Assembly (NCBI RefSeq): GCF_009914755.1
Contig: NC_060925.1
DNA from: the human T2T-CHM13v2.0 reference genome, Homo sapiens
DNA length: 64,000 nucleotides
Reading direction: 5' to 3' (one strand)
In this document: positions 27,531-41,070 of the stretch, one piece after another
Layout of the letters: each line of letters opens with the position of its first letter
Position numbering within the stretch: the first letter of the stretch is position 1
Made by a program: the position numbers and the translations under genes
The notes under the pieces: generated by a model
The model's input: only the letters and a program-made list of their open reading frames with translations
The model's database searches: none
Told to the model about the DNA's origin: nothing

Positions 27531-28369
27531 ACCTTACCCTTCTCCCTCCCTATGAAAAGAAAAAATAGCAAGCTCTGAACAAGAATTACATCTCTTTTGC
27601 CCTCTCCTGCTCTGACATCCTGGCACAGAAAGGTTCTGGCGCCACACTTGTCTTGCCCAGAGGCATCCTGGCCTGGGGTTGAGACTGGGGTGTGCCGCAT
27701 CATGAACTGAGCCACTGGGGATGGAGTTGGGTCATCCTCCCACACCCAACTGCTCTTTGTCCTTAGAGCCAAAGCCTTCATCCTGGCTGCCCTGTGTTAG
27801 CCAGGAGATGCTCCTACATGGAGCCGCAGATTCCCCGACACTGCCTCAAAGGCTGAGAGTCACAGGATTACCTATAGGCTCCACCCCTCCCTAGCCTGGC
27901 TGAGCTCCAGATGCCTCCAGGCAATGGCTAGAGCAGCCAGCATGAGCCCCACATGGGCTGCTTTTCAGCTATGTGACCTTGGGTAAGTCATTTCACCTCT
28001 CTGGGCTTCACTTTCTTCATTGTATATTGGGGCAAATTAATTCTATCCCACCGGGTTATGGTAGGATGGAAAGGCCTGGCCTTGACTTCTGACTCCATTT
28101 TGGGTTTTGGAGACTTTGGGTGCTAGAATCCTCCTCTCTAGAATCTTCCTTGTTCATCCACAAGGAAGGATGAACTTGTGTCTCTGGAGGCTCTAGGGGA
28201 AAAGAATAACTTGGTTTTAGTTTTGCAGAAGCAGGTGAATTCTCCATGAGGGAAGGTGGGAATGGAGTGAGGAGGGTAGTTTCCCAGGATTCTCTAGATA
28301 TGCCTTTTCCTGACTATGATATTCTGGAAACACTGAAGCCATCTTTTCACCTTTAATTATCAACCTTTG

Positions 28370-28718
28370 CAAGTGGAGATCAACGGTAGTAATATGTTCA
28401 GGGACCAGGCAGGGCATGAGTGAAGTGGGCTTTGTGGGGGCTGCGGTCAGTATGAGAGTTCATACTCCATCCCAAGGGAGTCGGGGGAGGGAGAGTAGCC
28501 ACTGCTTAGCTCCAGCCAATTGTTGACATTTGGGAAGTTGAACCTGGTGTCGCCAGGTCTTCTGAGTTTCCAAGAGAAGTCAGAAATCTGGAATTTTATG
28601 TGAGATCTCCTGAATTTTAAATGTTGGCAACTAACTCAATTAAACAAAAATACCAATGTGGGACAAGCAAGAGTTCCAGGATGCATTTGGCCCGCGGGTG
28701 GCCAGTTTGTGAAGCCTG
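28370..28718 (+). mobile_element. MER102-like hAT-Charlie fossil
   Basis: gccaggtcttctgagtttccaagagaagtcagaaatctggaattttatgtgagatctcc...tggccagtttgtgaagcctg. Confidence 0.6.
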
Positions 28719-29111
28719 ATACAGAGTCACTGAGGAATAGTTAGGGTCTAACAATAGCCAGGTGCACCAGCTCACAGTGAATGCAAATATAAAGCACTAG
28801 GAAACACTGACAACTTCATGTTTACGTATCCTGACCGGAAATACTTTTCACATCTGTAGAAGATGGAAAGGCTTGTGACTTTTCATTTTCACTAAATACT
28901 GAACAATATCCAGTGTCCCTGTTAACATTGGTTAATCAGTTGATGGCTGAACACAAAGTGTGTTATACCTATTCATATATGTGTGTGTGTATATATATAT
29001 ATATATGCATATTCATTTATTTATTCACATAAGCTCCTGTCAACAAGTTCCTATAATTACAGTGTAAGACACAACTTTGGCTCTGTGTCAGGTTAAAAAT
29101 TATTTGAAATA

Positions 29112-29419
<308 letters not shown>

Positions 29420-29662
29420 TTAAAGCAAATTACTTTAAATAAAAAGCAGGATAAAGTAAGTACTCTAAGAGTTACAAGCAAAGGGCTGTGTAAGTGAGGC
29501 ACAAAGATAATATTGATTACCTTTAGGGGACTTGGGGACAGCTTCAGAGAGGAGATGACATTTAACCTGAGCTTTGAAAGGTGAGTGAGGGGAGTGTGAA
29601 GGAAGTAGATTTCTGTTAGGATTCTTGTCTGCAAGCAACAGAACTAACTCAGCATCACCAAT

Positions 29663-30073
29663 TTTGATGGTTATTTTGATGTGTCATCTCTACTGGCCAT
29701 AGGATACCCAGATATCTGGTTAACATTAATTCTGGGTGTGTCTGAGAGAGTATTTCCAGAGGAGATTAGTATTTGCATTGGTGGACAGAGTAGAGCAGAG
29801 CACCCTTCCCAATGTGGGTGGGCCTCACCTCATTTGTTGAGGGCCTGAGTAGAACAAAAAGGCAGAGGAAGGCTGAGTTGGCTCTCTCTGCCCGTCTGCT
29901 TGAGCTGAGACATCGGTCTTCTCATGCTTGTGGACTGGGACTTGCATTGGCACTCCTGGTTCTCAGGCTTGTGGACTCAGTCTGGAATTTACACCACTGG
30001 CTTTTCTGGGTCTCCAGTTTGCAAATGGCAGATCGTGGGGGTTTTCATCCTCCACAGAACCCTGATTAATACA
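29663..30073 (+). mobile_element. MLT2 (C/D-like, ERVL) solo LTR nested in an MLT1 fragment
   Basis: tgatggttattttgatgtgtca...cccagatatctgg...ttctgggtgtgtctg...gaaccctgattaataca. Confidence 0.8.
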
Positions 30074-30729
30074 GTAATTAACAGAAGGCTAGGAACTCAC
30101 ACCTGTGAAAGGCAGGGATTGAGGAAGCCTGGATTGGCAGCCTGGATTAGGAAGCAGGAAGCTGAGAAACTGCTAAGAAGCAGGATTGAACTCTGCCACC
30201 ATTCAAGTTAGCCTCCAAATGGCCGTGATCCTTGCACCTTTGCTCAGGATTCAGCTTCCTGGGAGACAGTGACTGGCTGGCTGACTTTAGGTCCTGTCTT
30301 CCCCAACCTCCGCAGACAGGTGAAGGCTAGGGCCCTCTTTATGTGCATAGTTGGTGTGGAGTAGTGGGAAGTAGACACAGGAATTACCCTTCTGCCAAGG
30401 CTCTATGCAATGGTAGTTATTCCCAACCAGTGCTCACTAATGAGGAGGGCACCCCTCCTCTTCCAGATGGAGCAGTTAGTCCTGTGATGGTGCAGCGCAG
30501 GGCCTCAAGAGGACTCCAGGTTCTGTGAGGCGAGGAGATGTGTGGCAGAGGCTGAGTTGGGAGGCCTTACTGATCTTGGGTTTCCATTGGAGCCCATCAC
30601 CGCACTGCCTCTGAACCACACTAAGGCACACACTACAGTCAGGAACACAGTTACTTCCTTTGTTCTACTGGACAAGGGGCCCTGTTCCTGTCTCAGGTTT
30701 TATTCCTCCTTATCAACTACAAAGAAATA

Positions 30730-31450
30730 ATGGCTTATTTATTAAAGAGAAGCACCTTTTAGTTTCACTTATTAAAAGAATGAACAAAAAGGAAAAGTAA
30801 TTTAATTAGTTTTGGAAACAATCTAAATATGTAGTAATAACAGGTTGATTAAATAAATTTCAGTACATATAATAGAATTAATCTGTCAAGGTTGCAAAAC
30901 AGCCTAGCTATTCCAACCCTATTAAACAATTATATCAAACACACAGACCACACACACACACACACACTCAGAAAAATGACTGGAAGGATGTACACCAAAA
31001 TGCTAGTGGTGATTATCTCTGGGTAGTAGGATTCCGGGTGAATTTTATTTTCTTCTCTTTGCTTATTTTATCTTTCTATAGTTTCCCTCCCTCTCTCCCT
31101 TCCTTCCTTCCTTCCTTCTTTCCTTCCTTCCTTCCTTTCTTTGACGGAGTTTCACTCTTGTTGCCCAGGCTGGAGTGCAAAAGAGCAATTTGCCTTCAAG
31201 CCATTCTCCTGCTTCAGCCTCCCAAGTAGCTAGGATTACAGGCATGCACCACCACACCTGGCTAATTTTGTATTTTTAGTAGAGACGGGGTTTCTCCATG
31301 TTGGTCAGGCTGGTCTCGAACTCCCGACTTCAGGTGATCTGCCCACCTCAGCCTCCCAAAGTGCTGGGATTACAGGCGTGAGCCACCACACCCGGTCACC
31401 TTTCTGTAGTTTCTATAATAAACATGAGTTACTTTCCAATCAGAAAAAAG
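30730..31450 (+). mobile_element. L1ME-type 3' fragment containing an Alu
   Basis: ggaaacaatctaaat...ctggaaggatgtacaccaaaatg...gtgattatctctgggt...aataaacatg. Confidence 0.55.
31083..31397 (-). mobile_element. Alu (Sp/Sq-like) with a (TTCC)n tail and an internal deletion
   Basis: gacggagtttcactcttgttgcccagg...; the tail has become a TTCC microsatellite at about 31085-31140. Confidence 0.92.
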
Positions 31451-33322
31451 GTTGTGTTAGAAAAATAAATTTGTCATTACATTGATGAATAACAATCATC
31501 ATGACAGTCCGAATAGACCAATCTTTTAATACCAGTCATGAAAATCAGCTGAGCATATACCAAGTGATGTGTAACACAGATCCTGAACAAAACCAAGAAT
31601 GTGGCTGAGAAGTGGGTTGAAAGACATTTACATTGTCCCCAAATTGCCTTTCCCTCTCCCCACCCTACGAGGGACAGCCATCTTTCTGCTTGACACCTCC
31701 TCTGGGGGATGGGAAGCAGGGTCACTGCTCCATCCATCCAAGGCCTGTGGCTTAGTGATTTTGCCCATGAGATTTAGGACACTTTCACCATAATATTTAT
31801 TCAGTTTTATGGCTTTAAATATAACACTAACTCCTAATAATCAATATTGATTTAGCTATAATATCTTATTTATAGACATAGTCTTCTGGTTTGCATATGG
31901 GCTCAAACTGTAATGCAGTAGAAATAAGCCACTCACTGCCCTGGCCCTGGGCCACCAATGAAGAGACTATCAGCCCCTGATGGATGGCTCGGAGGCCCAG
32001 ACAGAGTTTGGGTTTCTGATGCCCACTTCTCCCCACCCCCTCCAAAATGGCTGCTTTGGGCAAGGCAGAAAACCACAGAGCCATCCTGGGACTGAGAATG
32101 CCTTTTCACCTCATGCAACATAATTGTCATTCTTAAGGAGACAAGCCTTCCACCTGGCCTTATTGGAGGGCAGTTATAACCAGTAGAAATGCTAATAGAA
32201 ATAGGACCCCGAGGGAAAGAGAAATAGCTAGAAGTACAAAAGTTTAAGGGTATGGCTTAAGAAAATAGAGACTTGCCTCCAACTTACCCCAAGTGGGCCT
32301 GACTGTGATGGTATGGATTTCTAGAGATATTATTTTGCTATAATTAGTGTTGAAGAGGTGTCCAGGCAGCACGGCCCCTCATAGGGGTGGCCACTGGCCT
32401 GGCCACCATGATCCTGTGTGATTAAGATCTACGAGGAAGGGTAGAAGAAGCCAGAACTGTCTATCCTAGAAAAGAGAACACTCAGAGAGACTGGTGATGC
32501 TTGCCTAAGACTAAGAGGTTAAGGAGATAGCCATCTCTTGTTTACCAATGAGCTATGCCTTCCTTTGATCAGAATAGTATTCATTGCTCAGAACACCCCC
32601 TCTCCCCTTGAAGTTTCTGGGAATTCCCATGTGTATTTGGTGAGCGTGGTGGGGATTTGTTATTTAGCTTCCTGTACTCTCCCCTGTGACATGCACACAC
32701 CAACATCCATTCACCCTTGCATGGAAATGGCTCTAGATTCCACAAGTAGAGTCTATAGTCCAGGCCTCCCCAATCAGATCATCTCTTCTCCTTGATTGCA
32801 AATTTGTTCATGGTGAATCCCAGGACTTTGGGAGGAGCTACCAGAAAACAGTGTGGTTCTCTTTCATATACTTGAACCTGAGAGCATGTAGTGGCTGAAG
32901 CTCCTGAAGCCACCTTGATAATTAGGTTGTGCTTGAGAAAAAAACCAACATAAAATAGATGAATTGAGAGATATCTTGCAAGAGACACATACTATTTCTT
33001 CTGTACCTACAATCCTCCCACCCCCACTCCATACAGTACTAAGGAGCACATGACCTTTTTTCTTGATCACAAATGGTTTTACTAGGGGTGAGCGCCTAGC
33101 TCCACTTGACCAATCAGACTTATTCTTTTAGCATTTGGAACATAGACACAGGGACTAAATCAGTAAGATGGTATTGGGCACTAGAATGGAATAGTCATGT
33201 AGAGTTGGGGCCAAAGTAGATGCTCCAACTTATCCACCTGCTCCTGGGACACACTCCCCTTCACATGCAAGTCAGAGTTATGGGGGAATGCAGAGAAACA
33301 GACATAATAAATATATGAATAA

Positions 33323-33880
33323 TGTTTTGGTTGTCTCTTGCTGTATAACAGACCAGCCCAAAACTTAGTGGCTTATAACAACAATTTATTATTATCTCTC
33401 ATGTTCTGTGGGTTGACTAGAATTGGCTAGGTCCTTCTCATTTGTGGTCACTCATACTGTTTCAATCAGACTATGGCTGGGGCTGGTGTCATCTGCAAGC
33501 CCAGCTGGGATGGATGCCAATCATAGCAATTGACACTGTCTATAGTCAGGGAACTCTGCTAGGGCTGTTTCCAGAGTAGCTACAAATGGCCTCTCCACGT
33601 GGCTTGGGCTTCTTACCGCATGGTAGTTGGGTTCTAAGTAGAAGTGTCCTAACAGCAAGTGTCTGAAGAGAAGGGGAGCAAAAATGGCCAGTCTTCTTAA
33701 GGGCTAGGCCTGGAACTGGCATAATATCAATTCTACCCTGTTCTGTTTGTCCAAGCAGTCATAGACTACCCTAGACTTAAGGGGTGGGAAACATAGACTC
33801 CACCTCTCGGTGGGGAAAATGGCAGTGTTACAGGCAGGGAAGGAATTGATGGTGGCCATCTTGGACCTCAGCTAGCACAA
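33323..33880 (-). mobile_element. MLT1 (MaLR) solo LTR
   Basis: tgctgtataacagaccagcccaaaacttagtggctt...ggcctctccacgtggcttgggcttc...tggtggccatcttgg. Confidence 0.7.
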
Positions 33881-33930
33881 ATAATAATGATTTCTAAGGG
33901 TAACTGGTGAAGCTTGTTAACAATTGTGCA

Positions 33931-33986
33931 AGGCACTTTATATACACCATTTCCTTTAAGGTGCTTTATATACACCATTTCCTTTA
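33931..33986. repeat. 28-bp tandem duplication
   Basis: aggcactttatatacaccatttccttta followed by aggtgctttatatacaccatttccttta. Confidence 0.9.
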
Positions 33987-34093
33987 ATCCTTAGAACAAT
34001 TTTATTATTACACATTTTACAGTTGAGGACTTTAAAGCATGGAGAGGATGAAATAAAATATGGAGGATATTGTAGTGTCAAGGAGCAGAATTA

Positions 34094-34391
34094 GGCTGGG
34101 CGCGGTGGCTCACGCCTGTGATCCCAGCACTCTGGGAGGCCGAGGCAGGCGATCACTTGAGGTCAGGAGTTCGAGACCAGCCTGGTCAACATGGTGAAAC
34201 CCTGTCTCTACTAAAAATAAATTAAAAATAGCCAGGCATGGTGGCAGGCACCTGTAGTCACAGCTACTCAGGAGGCTGAGGCATGAGAATCACTTGAACC
34301 TGGGAGGCAGAGGTTGCAGTGGGTCGAGCTTATGCCACTGCACTCCAGCCTGGGTGACAGAGTGAGACTGTCTCAGAAAAAAAAAAAAAAG
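34094..34391 (+). mobile_element. Alu (S-type)
   Basis: Full dimer; TSD aaggagcagaa / aagaagcagaa. Confidence 0.95.
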
Positions 34392-34423
34392 AAGAAGCAG
34401 AACTGACTAAACTAAAAAAGGTT

Positions 34424-35722
34424 TAGTAAGATGAGAAGAAACTCAGTGATGGAAAACCCCTAGAAATTGCCCAATCCAACCCCTTCATTACACAAGGAAA
34501 CCCATACCTAGAGAAGGGAAGAGGCTTTTCAGTACCACCGAAAAAGGTTTAAATGATATGCCCACTTATTTTCTCACTTAAGAGGGATATGAGAAGATGG
34601 GGCAAATCCAGGAAAGCTGTAGCTGGTGGTTCAAGTCTCATCAAGTTTCTTGTCAGCTTTTCACTTTACTACCCTCAGAATGTGAGTGATCTCGTCTTGG
34701 TCAGCCAACTGTAGCAGGTGATCTCAGAGCTACTCACGGATGATTGGAGCAGGGGGATACACCTCACCAATCTGGACCGATCACATGGAAACAACCTCAT
34801 GTGGCCACATCTAAAGCTGGAAGGGAAGGATAAGCTTCTCCATGTGTCTCCTTCTTCCACTAAGCTCCATACAGACTTTTCCTTCTACGTCATTGCCCAG
34901 AACTGGGATACACCAATCATTGACAAAGGAGAATAGGATTATCAAGGCTGATTTAGACGAGTCATGATGCTCCCTTGGGCTGGTCTCTTTATAGCCTGAT
35001 ATCTGAGCAAACTCTGCATTCTGTTAGCAAGGAAGAAGGACGAGGTATAGCTATTGTATAGGTAGCCAACATTTTCTGCCACATGCAGCTTTAAGAGGTA
35101 AAGAGAATGGCGTCTGTTCCTGAGGTTTCAATTCCACTTCTGGGCTCCTGTGGGCTAGATGTGCTGTTTCCTGTCCTTGAGCATCTGTGAAATTGCCTGT
35201 GATATCCTGACAATTAATTATCATTTACTTAAGCTAACTTGAGTGGGTTTCTGTTCCTTGCAACCAAATATGTTGTGCCTAAGAAAACCACTGAGACACT
35301 TCGTGACGCTTTTGTTTCATAATTTTCTTGAATAGGTTTTTCTAGAGTGTTTCGTAATTGACTAAAGTGCTCGTGCCTGTGTGGCACTGGACTTGCATTC
35401 AGGAGACCTGAGACCCAGTCTTGGGTTGGCATGCTTGCTACCATTACTTCTAGAAACCATGGTGAGCATTGCTGGTTAACTACAGCATTCCTTCCCACTG
35501 AACCCAAATATGGCCCTAGAATTCTTAATACAATGCTCAAAGCCAGCCAACTGGTCAGAGTTGGTATATGAGATGAAATCCATTTTCCATTTGCAGCTCT
35601 AAGCTTGGTGGTACCAAAAAGCCTCTTCCCTTTACTAGGTATGGGTTTCTCTGTGTAATGAAGGGGTTAGATTGGGTGCCTTCTAGGGGTTTTCCATCAC
35701 TGAATTTCTTCTCATCTTACTA
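34424..35722. repeat. 116-bp inverted repeat (arms 34424-34539 and 35607-35722)
   Basis: Ungapped reverse-complement match with 12 mismatches counted by hand. The left arm is flanked by the direct repeat aaaaaggttta. Confidence 0.93.
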
Positions 35723-38620
35723 CCCAAGTTCCATTTACCAGGCTTGACATAGCCCATGGTTTCTGATCACACCACAGGGAGCTCAGAAAGTGAAATGGCA
35801 TGATCCTGGGTGTAGGTAGTAGATGTAGACTGGTCACGTTCCAGTGATTAGGGATGCTTCATCTCTTCACAGGATTCTGGAGGAGCTCTGGTCTTCATGT
35901 GGTGACTCTGGAGCTCCCATTCCCTAGTGTCACTGAGAGGGGAACACATAGGCAGCTGGATTCTGTCGCTTTATGAAAATCCTATGGGCAGTGTAGAGCT
36001 GTGGTTAAGATCACAGCCTTGGGCTGAGAAAGGCCGAGGTTCAAGGCCTGTCTCTGTTTCTTCCTGTGTGTATGACTTTAGGATGGTTATCCAGCCACTC
36101 TAGGCCTCAGTTTCCTCATCTGCAAAGTGAAAATAACACTACCTCTATTGTAGTAAAGACAAAATAAGATTATGTGTGCAAAGTCATCAGTCAAATGCCT
36201 GGTACACAGGAAGTATTAAACACACGGTAGCTATTATTGTTATGCCATTTGGGGACATTTTTCATGTCATTGGGATGGTGCCACCCCTTTCCCGATATAG
36301 AGTCCAAGAAGGTCGCTTGGCCTGAGTCTGGGGCAGGCAAGAGGGAGGGAGGACAGGCAGTCTCTCCCAAGATGCTTGGGGCAGCCCATGACCTGCAATT
36401 CTGGTCCCACACTGAGCCGATTCCACTGTGACCCATATTTTATGCAATGCTGGCAGATGGGGCTCATTTGGAGGACAGTGGCTGGGAGCTGGGGTCAGCG
36501 AGGGGACTGCAAATATTGTCCCATGAGGCAGAGCCGAGGCAGCTTAGCCTGGAGATGCATGCGGGGCCTGTTTTCTTCCTCACACACTGAAAGGCTGTTA
36601 TGGGCAGAGAGCGGATGCTGGCGGTAGCCCCAGAGAGGAGGGAGGGAAGCGCAGAAGGTGCCCTGTGATGGTGCCGCCTCTGCCGCTCACAGCCTGCCCA
36701 GTGGGGCTCTGAGCCCCTCCATCCCCTTCTCACTTCACACTGGTGGCTCTCATGGGGTGCTTTCTAAACACACCAGTTCCTGAACACCAGGAAAACACTG
36801 CTAGTTCAGTAGATCACAGTGGTAGTGGTGTGTGTGTGTATGGGGGGACACAATCCCCATCTCCTTCCCCGCTCCCCTTTTTCCTTGAGTTATTTGAGTA
36901 GGTTTTGCTTTCTTAAAATCCAATGACCCACAGATTGGAGGTGCCTGCACCTCCTTAGCCCCAACATGGGGACCTTAGTCCCTCCTAAGCTGGCATCATG
37001 GCAGCTGAGCATCGATATACCCAGCCCATGGCTCTGACCCCAGTTCCTTTGTGGCCCTGGCCATGCCAGCCAGACCTACTGGCGAGGACGAAGCCCCCTG
37101 TCATCTCTTTGTGTGGTGTTGTTTGGAGGCTGACTCTCTGCACCACAGGGGCCATGGGCATCCCCTTCCTCACCTAGGGGGCATCAATAGGCTCTTGGGG
37201 TGCACTGCCACCTCTGGCTACCCATGCCCTGGGTGATGGGGGCAAGCCCAGGGGAAGCAGGCCACTTGCTCAGGACCCTAGACTCTCAGCACGGCACTCC
37301 TGATACCCAGGAGCATTCAGGAGGCACTGACAGTTGTTGGTGGGGGTTGGGGGGGGGTAGAGGGAGAGGGAAATACATTTTTAAAGATAACCTGGAGGCA
37401 AATATAATATTTATACTTATTTATCCTCAGAGCTCACTCACAAGGCCCCAGACATGTCTAATGAGCAGGAATTGCAAAATGGCCATGAGTCCTACTTGTT
37501 TGCCTTTGCAGAGTCTCTGAGCAGTCACATGGACCCAGATTTTTCAACTGTGTGACCGCTGCAGGCAAAACGGCTGTAAGGAACACCAGGACGTGCAGCA
37601 AGTGCCCGACTCCCAGAGGCATCGAGCCACAAAACTGCCAACCCAGGAAAATGAGGCGCTCCCTTCCACCCCCCTCTTGGCAGAACACAGAGCATTTGCA
37701 CTTACACACGTGTGTCCTCGCTTCGTGTGCCGACACGTGTGCACACACGCAGGCACACAGAGACTCTGTGTCCTCATGGCCTCCCTCATGGGCCTGCAGG
37801 CATACCCTTGTCCAAATTCATACACACTCCCCTGTCTATTCAGACATGTTGTCCACAGGGACAGGATGCTCCGTGGCTAAGGGCTGGTTCTGGATGGGGG
37901 CTCTTCCCTGCTCCGCTCACTCTGGACACCAATGACTGTAAACACTATGTGAAGGGGCTTCCTATGCAGAAAGTCAACAACAGAATTAACTGAGACCAGC
38001 ACAGTCTGCTCTGGAACGAGAATGACATACAGTTTACTATATGGTTAACTCAAGCATCTAGGCATAGTATCTATATGCATAGTTATATAAATACATATAC
38101 AAACATATATGTATACATAGAAATAGAAAAGTGTATGGCTAGAGAAAATGTACAAAAATATACACATGCTGCACAATTGGACCTGACACTAACTTCCAGA
38201 TCTTCCTCCTGCAGAGTGATGAAGCCTTTCACTGGTGGGGCTGCATGTATCCAGGCTCCCCAGATTGGGTCAGGTCTGCTGTTTTAAGGTTGGGAAGTCA
38301 CAGGTGTTCCTTTTCTTCACAGCACTTCTTACAGTTGTTATTCTACCTCTGTCTGTGACACTGGCTTTTCCACACCGTGTTGCACTGGTTTGTAAGCTCC
38401 AGAAGGGTAGGGCCATATCTCTTTGCTTAGTATATATTTCAAGTGCCCAGCACACAGCAGGTCCTCAGTACATAGACGGCTGAATGAAGGCATGGCCCTT
38501 TCTTCTGTTGTTTTCTTTTTGTGTCCCATAGCAATCCAGTCGCACACGTTGGGACCAGGAGGGTCACTTCTTTTAATGCTGACAGCATTGAATTCCAGAT
38601 CTTGGTCTGAAAAGTGCAAA

Positions 38621-38896
38621 TTTCTTTCTTTCTTTCTTTCTTTTTTTTGAGACAGAGTCTCGCTCTGTCACCCAGGCTGGAGTGCAGTGGCGTGATCTCA
38701 GTTCACTGCAGCCTCTGCCTCCCCGGTTCACGCCATTCTCCTGCCTCAGCCTCCTGAGTAGCTGAGACTACAGGCTCCCGCCACCATGCCCGGCTAATTT
38801 TTTAGCCAGGATGGTCTCGATCTCCTGACCTCTTGATCTGTCTGCCTCGGCCTCCCAAAGTGCTGGGATTACAGGCGTGAGCCACCACGCCCGGCC
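38621..38896 (-). mobile_element. Alu (Y/Sc-like) with an internal deletion
   Basis: gagacagagtctcgctctg...cccggctaattttttagccaggatggtctcgatc...cgcccggcc; the linker-adjacent segment is missing. Confidence 0.9.
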
Positions 38897-38970
38897 GCAA
38901 TTTCAAATACAACACCAACGCCAACTGTATTCCTAAGGAGGTGATTTTTTTCTCCTTTGTACCACTGGTA

Positions 38971-39543
<573 letters not shown>

Positions 39544-39973
39544 CAGTTTAGGTTTTCACAGGGCAAAGTTATTTCTAGACATAGTCTGGCCTGGAAAACA
39601 TTCTTTTGGCGGGAGCAGCATGTTCTAAAAGCCATGCTGTGAAGTCTTCATATGCAATTGCACTGGGTCATGCCTGACCAGTTTTACTACAAGTCAGAAG
39701 AGGAGGTTGATAGTCTCTTGACTGATCAGGGCTAGGGCAGTGAGAAATCCTGACCCACTCATTATGCTAATTTCTATCAGAACACTTGCTCCGGCTTCTG
39801 GGTGGCCAGATGCCTGTCCCCTCACCTCCAAAGCAAAGAAGGAACTGCAGTTTTCTGGATGCCACAGATTTAATGCAGTTTTCTGGATGCTGCATGGTTT
39901 AATTGGAACAAACCATAAATTTCTTTAATAGACAGTTGGCTTTGCTAATGACTGTTTTAAAGAAGGGTTTCGG

Positions 39974-40307
<334 letters not shown>

Positions 40308-40699
40308 TTAAAAGCTCTAAACCCTACATCATTCTTTTGGGGCAGAACGCTTCTGACACATAACTGGCTTATAAACCCGAGTATCAGGGCACCTCATTTA
40401 TTCACCCAGCAAGATGAACTTCCAGGTCTCACTATGTCATGGGTGGGTGGGAAAATCCATGGCGCAGATGCTGGTCTGCAGTCCTCATGACTGGTCGTCA
40501 CGTAGTGTTCCCCACTCTCATCTTTCTGTTTACTTGGGATGTATAAATAAAGCAACAACAATAAAAACATAGAGCACAGTTAGCTCCCCAAACACCTCCC
40601 ACAGCGTTAGGCCTTTCTCCTTGGAAAATTCTTTTGGTCCTGTGCAGTGGTAGTGGATGCTGTGTGTGACTGCCGGATCCCTTCTTTGGGAAGAAGGCA

Positions 40700-41070
40700 C
40701 TCATTCCCCGGCTTCTGGAGCATTGGCTGCTCCCCGTGGAGTCCCTTTCTGGGAACTGCTCTTGGCTGAAGACACCCGGCCAGCTCCACGTTCTGTCTCC
40801 TCCCTGGGGGCAGTCCACATCCGGTCTTCGGCTGTGCAAGGGCACAAAGGCCCTGCCCCTGGCCTCAAATCGAACCTTCTCTGAAGTCCCAGCCAAGTGC
40901 CAGAGCTCCCTGTGGGAGCAGCTGAGGCCTTCATTTAGACTGCATTACAGTTCAATTTCTCTCTCTGTCCAATCCTGCTTCCTTCACCCTTGACACGTGT
41001 TGAGTTTCTTATAAATTCCATTTACATAAATCTCCATCTCAGAATGTTTCCTGGGGAATCTGACTTGCAC
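40700..41070 (+). mobile_element. LTR16-family LTR fragment
   Basis: gggaactgctcttggctgaag...gaggccttcatttagactgcattacagttcaatttctc...aatctccatctcagaatgtttcctggggaatctgac. Confidence 0.6.

Noticed and set aside
36580-36720. CpG-containing patch as a CpG-island promoter or CTCF site
   Set aside because: It is too short and CpG-poor for an island, and the CTCF match is weak.
37340-37372. G-run cluster (G-quadruplex-like); similar runs near 14755, 44455 and 49505
   Set aside because: Such runs are common in this sequence context and nothing here indicates function.
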